From a virus, in the IMG/VR virus record IMGVR_UViG_3300044627_003499, positions 21,711-85,710 of that record: 64,000 nt of DNA; one strand, written 5' to 3'. The notes beneath the pieces were generated by a model, which did no database searches, was not told the DNA's origin, and saw nothing but the letters and a program-made list of their open reading frames with translations. The first letter of the stretch is position 1, and every line of letters starts with the position of its first letter. Shown piece after piece: positions 9,388 through 18,461 of this stretch. A program made the translations under genes and the position numbers.

Positions 9388-9618
9388 CTACTCTTCTGGT
9401 GGAATGCCGTTTACATAACCAGACCAAGCAAGTCCCACGGCTTCAATGGTTGATAGCTCGCCAGATGCAAAAGGTAGGTGAACAACATCCCCGGCGTGAT
9501 AGATAGTAGGTCGTCCGCTTATTTGGAATTCACTAAAACCATACTTGCGAACATCATCTTGTTCTTGCGAGTAAATAAAGTTTGTATCTACGATGTCCCC
9601 AAAGTTTGGTGTCGTCAT
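9388..9618 (-). CDS. hypothetical protein
   Basis: 76-aa ORF coupled to the upstream gene. Confidence 0.6.
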   Translation of the reverse strand: MTTPNFGDIVDTNFIYSQEQDDVRKYGFSEFQISGRPTIYHAGDVVHLPFASGELSTIEAVGLAWSGYVNGIPPEE

Positions 9619-11177
9619 GATGAAGAAGGATTTTGACCTAAAGATGGTTTATAAGCGGTGCCATCTTTGTCATACATTGTAAAACCTCTCATCATCACAA
9701 AGTTGGCGGGAATATTGAACAGCTTTTGCATCATTGGCATCATCATTGGCGATTGACAGTTGTATGGGGGCACATCCATCATTGACAAAGATCTTCTTGA
9801 TAAATTTGCTGCAGTCAACTCCTGTTGATCATTTTCATTTTCGTCGACTAGCTTTTGCTCCCAAGCAACCATGCTTCCTTCTTCCACGGGGAAATCAGAT
9901 GGCTCTGGTGGGAAATTGCCTTCCGCAAACTTCATGGCATAAATGTGTTTACAATAACGCATCTCATCCAGTAAAGGAGTCCAGAAATCTGTGATGGATG
10001 TGATTTGTCCATTTGTTGCAGTGTAATCCTTATAGGAGGGCATACCTTCTGCCCTGGAACCAGGTATAGAGGGGTCCGCTGTACTTCTTAAGTAGGTGGC
10101 GCCAAACTCACGAAACACTCCAGCGAAATCCCTGGTGGCATCTGGATCTACCGTTGAAATTGTATTTACTTCAGGGGGAACCGTGTATTGAGATGTGGGC
10201 GCAATAATATCCATCTTGCGATCAACCGTTGCACTTGTCATTGCATTGTTATTTAGTTTTCCGTTTAATTTTGTTTTTTCATATCGCCCAGGCTTGATAG
10301 AGGCAATGCTTGTTCTTGGGAATATTCTTTTTGTTCCTTCGCTAAGGGTAGTCATAAATGCATAATCTCGATGCGTAAAATCTTGGCAAGAGCAACAGTA
10401 TCTTGCGCCGGTTATAAGGTATCTATTGGGAGTGGGACCCTTGGTTGCGGGTGTAACCAGTGTTGCGTCTGGTGTCGCTTCAACAGAACCCGACTTACGA
10501 AGCTTTAAGATTCCAGTGAATGGATATGTTTCTACAATTACTGCTTGAATGTAGCCGTATCGCTTTTGCGTTGTTGGATTGATTGTTTCCCTTGTAATAG
10601 GCGGCGCCCCAACAGTAATAACACGGTCCTCCAGGATCTCACCATTGATTGCCCTAAGGCCATTAGGAACGCCAGGAAGGGCTACGTAAAACGGTGGGGG
10701 TAGTGGATTGCTGGTACTCCAGTTTCCAGCTAGCTTAACGTACCAGTACGCGGCATCTTCCGTCACCATTTCAATGTAAAGCCTGGTGCCTGTCGTTTTA
10801 TCAACCAAGTTGTCACACCGTAAAGAGCCCGCCAATCTGGCACCGGCCCAGTGCATGCCAAACTCTTTGTTTGTAGTAGGAAACCCAACAAAGGTTCCAG
10901 GGATAGTCGGTTGTACTGCCGCAACAGAAGCAGGTGTTCCCGCTGGTACCGGAATTACATAGCTAAATGGATATTCATAGGAGTTGTCATAAAAAGAAGC
11001 AGTTGCAATTTCATATCCCCTGCGCCAACGAGACCACGCTGACTCTCTGTTTATAGCGCTTAAAGAGTTTGGAACAGAACCGGAAGAGAATTCAGTTGTA
11101 ATAGGTTTTAAACGAAAAGGATCCTTGTCATAAGACTTGACAAAAGACCCAAATTTGTCCCCACCTTTCGGGGCCAT
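9615..11177 (-). CDS. protein with split SWIM-type zinc finger
   Basis: YCCSCQDF ... YCKHIYAM halves separated by about 140 aa. Confidence 0.65.
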   Translation of the reverse strand: MAPKGGDKFGSFVKSYDKDPFRLKPITTEFSSGSVPNSLSAINRESAWSRWRRGYEIATASFYDNSYEYPFSYVIPVPAGTPASVAAVQPTIPGTFVGFPTTNKEFGMHWAGARLAGSLRCDNLVDKTTGTRLYIEMVTEDAAYWYVKLAGNWSTSNPLPPPFYVALPGVPNGLRAINGEILEDRVITVGAPPITRETINPTTQKRYGYIQAVIVETYPFTGILKLRKSGSVEATPDATLVTPATKGPTPNRYLITGARYCCSCQDFTHRDYAFMTTLSEGTKRIFPRTSIASIKPGRYEKTKLNGKLNNNAMTSATVDRKMDIIAPTSQYTVPPEVNTISTVDPDATRDFAGVFREFGATYLRSTADPSIPGSRAEGMPSYKDYTATNGQITSITDFWTPLLDEMRYCKHIYAMKFAEGNFPPEPSDFPVEEGSMVAWEQKLVDENENDQQELTAANLSRRSLSMMDVPPYNCQSPMMMPMMQKLFNIPANFVMMRGFTMYDKDGTAYKPSLGQNPSSS

Positions 11178-11180
11178 GGC

Positions 11181-11966
11181 TTAGAAGAAACCGCCTTGCG
11201 CAGCAACGTGTACACCTGGGATGTAACCAGAACTATTGGGACCATCAGGGAACACGCCAACGTAAACACGGTCGCCACGCTCAAGGTAAATTCCTTTGTT
11301 ACGTAGTGGAGCTGTAGTACCAAGGCCGTTGGTATTACCTGCGCTCACACTGGGAACTGCCAGTTGCGGCATCACATCCGAACAATCAACCACACCGCTG
11401 TTTGCGGGGATTGTTTTGGCGAATAACACTTTGTAGTCACCAGAGCCAGGGATTGGTGTGGTTGTGCCACGTGTCTGGTAAAAGACAAAGGTAGCAGCGG
11501 GTTGATTCCCGTATGCAATACCGTTGTACAAGAAACCAGACGTAGTGCCGCCCGAATAATTCAATGCACTATTGACGCCTGTCAGTGTGCCAGAACCGGT
11601 GTATGTGTAATAGCCGTAACCACTGTATGGTGCGCCAGCACCAGTGAGGGAACCTGTGGCGGATACAAAAACAATCTGTCCGCTAACCAGGGAGACTGGT
11701 GTTCCTGACGTTGTGGAATTTACTGTATAGTCGGGGCCGCGATAAAAATCGTTACGTGTGATCGTGATGGAATCAATGACACCGCCACTGTTATTGTCTT
11801 CGCTCAGTGACGCATCCATGTCCACCAGAATGGAGGGCGCTTGGCCACCTTGTACAAACAAAGTATTACTTGCTGCACTACCAACGGTTTGCGTTGTAAC
11901 ACGCACCGAATCAAATAAGGGCCTATCAACCAACAGTGGCTGCTTGTTTGTAGATGTCGAGCTCAA
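11181..11966 (-). CDS. putative virion structural protein
   Basis: 261-aa G/S/T-rich beta-type ORF in the late block. Confidence 0.6.
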   Translation of the reverse strand: MSSTSTNKQPLLVDRPLFDSVRVTTQTVGSAASNTLFVQGGQAPSILVDMDASLSEDNNSGGVIDSITITRNDFYRGPDYTVNSTTSGTPVSLVSGQIVFVSATGSLTGAGAPYSGYGYYTYTGSGTLTGVNSALNYSGGTTSGFLYNGIAYGNQPAATFVFYQTRGTTTPIPGSGDYKVLFAKTIPANSGVVDCSDVMPQLAVPSVSAGNTNGLGTTAPLRNKGIYLERGDRVYVGVFPDGPNSSGYIPGVHVAAQGGFF

Positions 11967-11998
11967 TTTCCCAATGCCGCTTTTTGTTAATTATAACG

Positions 11999-12265
11999 TC
12001 AACCACCCATGCCTGACATCGCCATAAAGGCTTGGAAATTTGCAGGTAATTTCATCTTAGATTCAACCAGGGCATTGGGATTGTTTTGCAATGCAAGGAA
12101 ACGACCGAACAGATTACCGTCTTCCGCTGGTTGAAATTTAAATTTCTTAGCGGCTAGGTAATCTGTTTCGGCTTGTGGCTCTGAGAGGAAGCTATCGCCA
12201 ATCCCAACTTTCAAGGCTTCGCTTGGAAGGTAATCATAGTCAGAGTATTTGTAAAAACGAGACAT
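11999..12265 (-). CDS. hypothetical protein
   Basis: 88-aa ORF co-oriented with the late genes. Confidence 0.55.
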   Translation of the reverse strand: MSRFYKYSDYDYLPSEALKVGIGDSFLSEPQAETDYLAAKKFKFQPAEDGNLFGRFLALQNNPNALVESKMKLPANFQAFMAMSGMGG

Positions 12266-12270
12266 TGTGA

Positions 12271-12933
12271 TTACTGAAGAAAGCCAAAGGGATTAAGCAG
12301 TCCCGACAAATCTGGAAGCAGTGATTTGAGCACTGTTTCTTTCATCGCGTCAGCGATAGAGTTCCTTTTGTTTAACTCTGGTTTTGCCGCTCCCTGTAAA
12401 GCAGAAGACAAAATTTCTTCTACAGAACGTTGGCCGCTAGCCATTTGTTGCGGAGCGGCAACAGGCGCAGGTTGAGTCAGTGGATCTCCCAGGGTTGTTT
12501 GTGCAGCCTTATAGAGGGAACCTCCAGATTTGAATTTAGGGATCGAGGAGGCAACGGAAGTGCCAAACGAATCTTTTGCTGTCAAAGAAACATTTGGATT
12601 GCCGCCAAGAATCGTGGCATACGCACGATCAATACCCATTTTTCCAGGCTGAAAACCACGGTCCCGTAAAAACCGCTCAACTGCAGGCATTTGTTCTGCA
12701 ATTGTGTAGTTACCAAGCTTGGATTTATCTAGGTACTTTGCGCGTTCCGGGCCGCCAAACTGAATTAGTCCGTAGTAATTACCACCGGCACCACCGTAAA
12801 CATTCGGGCGGAATCCAGACTCTTGGTGAATGAGCGCACCAAACTCGTACGGATCCAAGCCAAGCCGTTTTGCCGAAGAGAATACAGCTTGCCTGTCTTC
12901 TGGTTTTAGTGTTCCAACGCGTACTGGTGCCAT
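12271..12933 (-). CDS. lytic transglycosylase (SLT-like) domain virion protein
   Basis: LIHQESGF.P......YYGLIQFG, a catalytic ES plus GLxQ motif. Confidence 0.75.
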   Translation of the reverse strand: MAPVRVGTLKPEDRQAVFSSAKRLGLDPYEFGALIHQESGFRPNVYGGAGGNYYGLIQFGGPERAKYLDKSKLGNYTIAEQMPAVERFLRDRGFQPGKMGIDRAYATILGGNPNVSLTAKDSFGTSVASSIPKFKSGGSLYKAAQTTLGDPLTQPAPVAAPQQMASGQRSVEEILSSALQGAAKPELNKRNSIADAMKETVLKSLLPDLSGLLNPFGFLQ

Positions 12934-12946
12934 GGCTTTAGGTTTT

Positions 12947-13063
12947 TCAATCTCCTACCCAATTTGAACTTGCTCTGAGACCAGGGATAAATACTGTTTG
13001 AAGAACCAGTGTTGATGCCAGGTAGGTCAGGGTTCGTTTAACAAATTTTGGGCAGAGAATCAT
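12947..13063 (-). CDS. small hypothetical protein (38 aa)
   Basis: MILCPKFVKRTLTYLASTLVLQTVFIPGLRASSNWVGD, read by eye. Confidence 0.35.
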   Translation of the reverse strand: MILCPKFVKRTLTYLASTLVLQTVFIPGLRASSNWVGD

Positions 13064-13149
13064 GGGTTTAAAGCAACTACACTGGCCCCCGTGAATCAAA
13101 AGATTCGTGTCCAGTCGGCTGGGCTTACATGCTTTGCAATGCCAGGGTA

Positions 13150-14028
13150 TTACTTTTGTGTAGTGAAAATGGAGTCCTTGAACATTTCCAGGAGCCTTTG
13201 GGCCTCTGGCCCCTTAGGGTCAAACTTATCAACAGCGGACCCCATTGGTTGGATACCTGTTGCGCCTGCGTATGAGGCAGTGGGCATTTCTGAGGGGAAG
13301 CCTAGGGGGGCGCTCTGAAGTGTGGGGCCCTGACTGAAACCAGCATAAGGGGCTGCAGAGGCACCAGCGAAGGCATTCCTCGGCACAGTGGAAAGACCTA
13401 ATCCTTGGGCCACCTTGCCAGCATCATAAGAAGCAGGAGAAATAGGGGGCGTAGTTCCAAGGGGGGAGCTGGTGTCAAACGGTAAGTTCAACGGTGAACC
13501 CATCTGACCCGCACCAAGGGTACGTTGGATGACATCGTATCCTGACTGGCCAGGCTTGACTTTAGCTGCAAGTTTTGGATTGGCCTTAGCCCACATCTGC
13601 ATACCCATATCTTCTGCAGATTGTTCGGCAGCAGAACCGGGACCAAATTTAGCAGCTTCTTTGGTTGCAGCTTGATAACGCTGAAGCTCAGGGTCTTGAG
13701 CGGTTAGCTGGGCAACACGAGAAACTTCCTGTCGATAAGCACGTTCTGCTGCGGGAGAAAAAGTCCCCTGCGGAGCGCCAGTAGATGTTGAATAACCTGC
13801 GTTACCACCACTGCCACCACGATTTCCTAATCGTAACTCAGCATCACGATAAGACTCGCCAAATTTATCTTTAGGTGGAATACTGCCAACACGAGTAGTG
13901 CGTCGTGCCGCATCAGCAGTCAAACCAGCTCCGAGAAGAGAACCTAAGCCTGCTGCAAAACGTCCGACTTGAGCTACACCGCCAAGGGCGCGTGCACCTG
14001 CCAAGGCTGGTCCAAGTAATTGAATCAT
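13150..14028 (-). CDS. putative internal virion protein
   Basis: Ala/Gly/Pro-rich ORF of about 290 aa. Confidence 0.6.
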   Translation of the reverse strand: MIQLLGPALAGARALGGVAQVGRFAAGLGSLLGAGLTADAARRTTRVGSIPPKDKFGESYRDAELRLGNRGGSGGNAGYSTSTGAPQGTFSPAAERAYRQEVSRVAQLTAQDPELQRYQAATKEAAKFGPGSAAEQSAEDMGMQMWAKANPKLAAKVKPGQSGYDVIQRTLGAGQMGSPLNLPFDTSSPLGTTPPISPASYDAGKVAQGLGLSTVPRNAFAGASAAPYAGFSQGPTLQSAPLGFPSEMPTASYAGATGIQPMGSAVDKFDPKGPEAQRLLEMFKDSIFTTQK

Positions 14029-14489
14029 TAGCGCCAAACCTCATGTAAATAAATACGGGAACCAACTGCGGTGTCGGCAGGTCCAGGTAATGCCTGGATG
14101 AATTCAGCACCAGAGCGTTCGTAACGGTATCTGGCCTGGAACGGATCCTTGTAGTTTGGAACGTAAAGGATGCCGGCTAAACGGTTTGTTTCGTAGAGAT
14201 AAATCTCATCCCAAACCTTTAAGGCTTCTTTGGCATTGCTGGATCTAATGGTACGATCAACGTCACCAGCAATGCTTTCAAGGCGCGTGGAAGGAGAAGT
14301 AGCAACTTCAGTTTTCTTTTCAGCTGTGTCACAACGGCCCAACTGAATAGCGATCTTGTCGTAGAAATACGAATCCGGCACGGTATTCATTGCTTCTTCC
14401 AGGCGGGCGTAATCGCCAGCCGGAACAGAAACAGTAAAGTAACCGAGGTGGTAACGAACTCTACTTTTGTCGTAGTCGCTTAACTGCAC
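14028..14489 (-). CDS. putative head-tail adaptor protein
   Basis: LSDYDKSRVRYHLGY N-terminus and position downstream of the capsid genes. Confidence 0.5.
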   Translation of the reverse strand: MQLSDYDKSRVRYHLGYFTVSVPAGDYARLEEAMNTVPDSYFYDKIAIQLGRCDTAEKKTEVATSPSTRLESIAGDVDRTIRSSNAKEALKVWDEIYLYETNRLAGILYVPNYKDPFQARYRYERSGAEFIQALPGPADTAVGSRIYLHEVWR

Positions 14490-14528
14490 TTCTACGTGTC
14501 GTTGTCTTTCAATTATAAAAGCAAGTAA

Positions 14529-15266
14529 TCAACCAAACAGGCCATTAAGGTAATCTGATGTGGCGCTGGATTGACCCATAAGTAACGGATCGTTTGTTCT
14601 GTAAGAATCCAGGAATCCGATGGGGTTGAGTGCTTGTGAAATTAAACCTCCAACCAACTGTTCTTTGAGTGTGTCTTGTATTGTTTTCTTGGGTTTTTCT
14701 GGTTCTTTACCCTGCAACTGAGCACCGTACATAAATGCTTTAATGATGTCTTCAGCGCGAGAATCGGTGCCCCCTTGTGGTTGAGTCGGTGCTGCAGTTG
14801 GTGCAGTTGATGCAATAGCCCCGGCTTTGCCAAGGGATTTCATGTGTCCAAAACCAAGTTCGTATTTGTTATCCCCTGTGGTAAATGCTGCCAGATTGCC
14901 GTAACCACCTTGATTAGCAAGGGGCTTGTATGTACCAGAGCCTTCGAAATAAACCGGAGTTCCTTCTGGAAGAGCCCAATCTTCCCCCCGGTGAAACGAA
15001 CTAGCTCCCTTGGTTGGGGCACTACGCGGACCATACTTGGAAGTCAAGCTGATCCCAGCTTGTGGATTGAAATCGTATTTGCCTTCTTTGTTTTTAATCA
15101 GTGCTGGTACTCTTTGCTCGCCAACGCGAACGCCAGCTAAAGCAGAACGAATAGTAGAAGGGTCAATATACTGTCCAGTCGAAAGATCTTTCACATAAAC
15201 ATGCTTATGTGGGCCGGTTGACACCCCGGTAGAACCCACCTGTCCTAAGTATGTTATGCCTGCCAT
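14529..15266 (-). CDS. M23 family peptidase, circularly permuted
   Basis: GQVGSTGVSTGPHKH at the N-terminus precedes TSKYGPR...HRGED.ALPEGTPV...GGYGN...FGHM. Confidence 0.8.
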   Translation of the reverse strand: MAGITYLGQVGSTGVSTGPHKHVYVKDLSTGQYIDPSTIRSALAGVRVGEQRVPALIKNKEGKYDFNPQAGISLTSKYGPRSAPTKGASSFHRGEDWALPEGTPVYFEGSGTYKPLANQGGYGNLAAFTTGDNKYELGFGHMKSLGKAGAIASTAPTAAPTQPQGGTDSRAEDIIKAFMYGAQLQGKEPEKPKKTIQDTLKEQLVGGLISQALNPIGFLDSYRTNDPLLMGQSSATSDYLNGLFG

Positions 15267-15295
15267 GGTATCGTTTTATTCTTCATTGTAAGATT

Positions 15296-15320
15296 AAAAA
15301 ACCCCTGGTTTCCCAGGGGC
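15296..15320 (-). terminator. intrinsic terminator
   Basis: GCCCCTGG-gaaa-CCAGGGGT-TTTTT on the minus strand. Confidence 0.85.
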
Positions 15321-15333
15321 TTGGTGGAGATGG

Positions 15334-15363
15334 TTATACGCGAATTAAATCAGCAGCAAGTAC
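15334..15363 (-). pseudogene. orphan duplicate 3' end of the HhH gene (VLAADLIRV*)
   Basis: Encodes the same last 9 aa and stop as 15885-15914, with different synonymous codons. Confidence 0.85.
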
Positions 15364-15410
15364 GCCAATAAAACGTTTCAGGTGCTATAGTTTTATTTTG
15401 CTGCTTTGGA

Positions 15411-15854
15411 ATGAAAAGGATTAATCCGGATACGGGGCAGGCCTTTAAGCACGGGGATCGCCGAGAAGACGGCTTTATGTTCACTGGTTACAATTTTAAA
15501 AAAATAAAACAAGACGGCACTTTCCTGGAAGTATGGACAAGCCCTGAGCAAATAAACCACAAGAAAGCGTATGACAAAAAAAGAAGCCAACGCATTTCCA
15601 TAGAAAACAGAAATTGGATGAACGAGTTAAAGGTGAGCCAAGGTTGCGCCTGCTGCGGATACAAAGATCACCCAGAAGGCCTTGACTTTGATCATCTTTA
15701 TGATAAAAAATTTAACATCGGCAGGGGCGGCACGTTAAGCAAAAAAAGACTGGAGAAAGAAATTCAAAAATGCCAAGTTCTTTGTGGAACTTGTCATCAC
15801 ATAAAGACAAGAAATGAGCAAAAATTTAATGAACTAATGAAAAAGAGGGGTTGA
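15411..15854 (+). CDS. free-standing HNH homing endonuclease
   Basis: CACCGY...LDFDH...EIQKCQVLCGTCHHIKT; paralogue of 22244-22705. Confidence 0.85.
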   Translation: MKRINPDTGQAFKHGDRREDGFMFTGYNFKKIKQDGTFLEVWTSPEQINHKKAYDKKRSQRISIENRNWMNELKVSQGCACCGYKDHPEGLDFDHLYDKKFNIGRGGTLSKKRLEKEIQKCQVLCGTCHHIKTRNEQKFNELMKKRG

Positions 15855-15864
15855 AACCCCTCTT
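15843..15864. terminator. bidirectional hairpin terminator carried with the HNH cassette
   Basis: AAGAGGGG-ttgaaa-CCCCTCTT between convergent genes. Confidence 0.65.
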
Positions 15865-15884
15865 GTTTGAGTTATGCATTTAAA

Positions 15885-16295
15885 TTAAACCCTAATCAAA
15901 TCGGCCGCCAGGACCGCATTCCAATCAACACGCTTGATTTGCTTCAGCTGTTCAAGATTATTGAATCTTTCACCCGACAGAGACATCTGAAGGTCTTTAA
16001 TCTCACGTGCTGTTTTAAGACCAATTCCCTTAATGTGATCCGCAAGCATTTGTGCGGTAGCGGAATTGACATTTAAACGGTGATCTGGGGGAAAATCCCG
16101 TGGGTCCTCTTTGGCTGCTTTATCTTTGACTTGAAGAGTTTTTACCTTTTTGGTAGCTTCTTCATCTGGGATAAGTTCAGAGTTGTAAGCGGTGTAAAGG
16201 CGACCGTCCTGATCTTCGACCATGAACCAATCGCCATTATCAAACTCACTAACAACTTTGACGCGAGCGCCAGTTTTTTTGTGCTGGTAAAGCAT
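15885..16295 (-). CDS. helix-hairpin-helix (ComEA-like) DNA-binding protein
   Basis: LNVNSATAQML...IKGIGLKTA..I.......F..LEQL HhH motif. Confidence 0.75.
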   Translation of the reverse strand: MLYQHKKTGARVKVVSEFDNGDWFMVEDQDGRLYTAYNSELIPDEEATKKVKTLQVKDKAAKEDPRDFPPDHRLNVNSATAQMLADHIKGIGLKTAREIKDLQMSLSGERFNNLEQLKQIKRVDWNAVLAADLIRV

Positions 16296-16333
16296 GAGGA
16301 CCAGATGTTAATTCTGGTCCTAGTTTAGCTTAT

Positions 16334-17143
16334 TCAGCTGACAGTGCGGCCAAGCAGGTAAGCTTCGATGTCTTCGTAGCCAGGGGCAATGTCAGGCTGG
16401 ACGTAGCAGGTTTCCACAACCAGGTAACCAACACGACCGGCGGCGGCGTCACCGCTGGAGATGTAGAAACCACCGGAAGTTGTGGTGGAGTTTGCAGTTT
16501 CCTTAGCAAACACACGCAACGTGGTCGAGGCAGTAACCGGGTAGTTGACCACAGAACCAGAGACACCAGCGGCGCCAGTAGCGGTCAGGACGGCGTTGGT
16601 ACCATAACCGGCAGTGCCGCCAGCGAAGTAAATTTCGCCAGCTTGGAGACCGGAAACAGTGGAAGTCATGTTGGCTTGAATCACGCCTTCACCAACGCCA
16701 GAAGCGGCGACAGGTGCACCACCGTTGCTACGACCGAACGAAATGACGTTACCGGTAGCGGCATACACACCAGAGGCAACACGGCCATCACCCCAACCAG
16801 AGGCAACCGAAATTGCGGTGCGGTACACGTAAGCAGGCAGTGTGCTGCTACCAGAGATCACCATACCCGTGATGTCGGGACGAGTGTCATCCTGACGATA
16901 GGGCGACGGAACGATCACAGCAGCGGAGTTGACGCTACCAGCACCAGAGGTGGTTGTCACTGCGACATAACCACGCTGCTGGAAATAACGGTAACCAGGC
17001 AGAGCAAGGACCGAGGTGGGGCCACCAAGGGAGCTGTCGAGAGCAGTACCGGCTTCGACAATAGAGTCGATGTTCTTGTACCAGCCGTTCAGGGGTTCTG
17101 CCCAGTTGCCTGGGAAGATTTTTTTAGCGGACAAATAGGTCAT
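16334..17143 (-). CDS. putative capsid decoration/minor structural protein
   Basis: G/A/S/T-rich 269-aa ORF immediately downstream of the MCP, with strong codon bias. Confidence 0.6.
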   Translation of the reverse strand: MTYLSAKKIFPGNWAEPLNGWYKNIDSIVEAGTALDSSLGGPTSVLALPGYRYFQQRGYVAVTTTSGAGSVNSAAVIVPSPYRQDDTRPDITGMVISGSSTLPAYVYRTAISVASGWGDGRVASGVYAATGNVISFGRSNGGAPVAASGVGEGVIQANMTSTVSGLQAGEIYFAGGTAGYGTNAVLTATGAAGVSGSVVNYPVTASTTLRVFAKETANSTTTSGGFYISSGDAAAGRVGYLVVETCYVQPDIAPGYEDIEAYLLGRTVS

Positions 17144-17178
17144 TTATTTTTCCTTTTGTTAGTTGTTTACGTTATTGA

Positions 17179-18342
17179 TCAGATGTTACCGTCATCTTGC
17201 ACGAAGCTGAACGCGGTGGTCACGAAGTCCTTGTTCAGGATTTCAAAACCGGCGTACAGTTGCCAAATAAGAATGATGAAACGGCTGAAATCGTCGTTGT
17301 TGTTGATCAGAACTTGAGCGTTCGGACCACCGATGCCAACACCAATCGCTTGAGGACCGAAGAAGTAACCTTGAGCGGCTTCTTTCACGGCATAGGTAGA
17401 ACCACCGTCAAAGGAAGTGCTGATGCTCTTGATCGGGAAGTTGGTGGATTCGAAGAACTTAACGCCTTCAAACTGCACACCAGTAGGCATGACAGGTTCG
17501 CCAGCCAGGAAGTAGGCTTGACCAGCCTGGGGGCCTTGGTAGAAGCTAGCGTTGTTAGGCAGCATGGGGTTACCCATGTACATGCCTTGACCAGGATTAC
17601 CAGCGTAACGGGCGATCTCACGGAAGTCAGGGTCACGACGCAGGTGCATCATGAACGTGGGATCGCAAATACAACGATACAGACCATCGGCATAGGTCGG
17701 AACGTTGCGCTTGCGCAGGTCCTTAACAACGGTCAGCAGATCGGTACGCACCTGGAACTGCTGCAGGTCAGCGGTGTATTCAGTACCAGTGTAGGAAATA
17801 CGACCGGAAGCATCCTTGACCTTGTTACCAGCGAAGTAGTAACCGCCTTGAGTTGTGGAAGCAAGACCGTTGGCTTCAGCTTTGGACAGTTCATCAATGA
17901 ACACGCGGTCACGCCAGCGGCGATAGTCGTCAAGCAGCGTCAGGCTACCGATCGACTGGTGGAACATATTCAGGTTGCCGGTATCCAGCAGCATGCGCTG
18001 AGCGGTAACCAGAGTTTCGCGAGCAATCTTGAATGTGCTGGGCTGAGTCGGGTCGCCCGGATCCGCAGGACCGGTGTACTCCTTAAGCACCACCAGAACT
18101 TTCTCTTTGGTGATGTTACGGCTGTTAGCGGTACCGATCGTTTGGTCAGCAATACGCTCACGGCTATCCTTAGTACCAGGGGTACCCCAGAACTTGTAGC
18201 GGTCTAACTGAACGGTTTGACCAGGCTGACGTGTGAAGTCGTGGACAACCACGGGCTCCACAGCCATCTCAGCGATGTACGCAGGGTGAGGACGATAAAG
18301 TTCCGCACCTAAAATCTTTGGAAAGTCGTTATCAATAAACAC
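17179..18342 (-). CDS. major capsid protein (N4-gp56-like)
   Basis: 387 aa; PGQTVQLDRY, YRCICDP..M..LR.D.DF and FEGVKFFES patterns; strong SD GGAGG; position after portal and scaffold. Confidence 0.85.
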   Translation of the reverse strand: MFIDNDFPKILGAELYRPHPAYIAEMAVEPVVVHDFTRQPGQTVQLDRYKFWGTPGTKDSRERIADQTIGTANSRNITKEKVLVVLKEYTGPADPGDPTQPSTFKIARETLVTAQRMLLDTGNLNMFHQSIGSLTLLDDYRRWRDRVFIDELSKAEANGLASTTQGGYYFAGNKVKDASGRISYTGTEYTADLQQFQVRTDLLTVVKDLRKRNVPTYADGLYRCICDPTFMMHLRRDPDFREIARYAGNPGQGMYMGNPMLPNNASFYQGPQAGQAYFLAGEPVMPTGVQFEGVKFFESTNFPIKSISTSFDGGSTYAVKEAAQGYFFGPQAIGVGIGGPNAQVLINNNDDFSRFIILIWQLYAGFEILNKDFVTTAFSFVQDDGNI

Positions 18343-18461
18343 TTTGTTTTATCCTCCAGTGTCGCAGGAAGTGTGTTGTCAGGTGAAAGATTCAGACATG
18401 ATTATGTCTTATCTAACACAAATTTTAGCAGCCGATAATTTATTTAATTACCGGCATTAAA

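Noticed and set aside
15885-16295. PsbU photosystem II auxiliary gene
   Set aside because: No signal peptide; the GIG HhH motif fits ComEA-like DNA binders better
17197-18207. 336-aa plus-strand ORF
   Set aside because: Antisense shadow of the codon-biased major capsid gene (same for 16643-17317 and 18972-19622)
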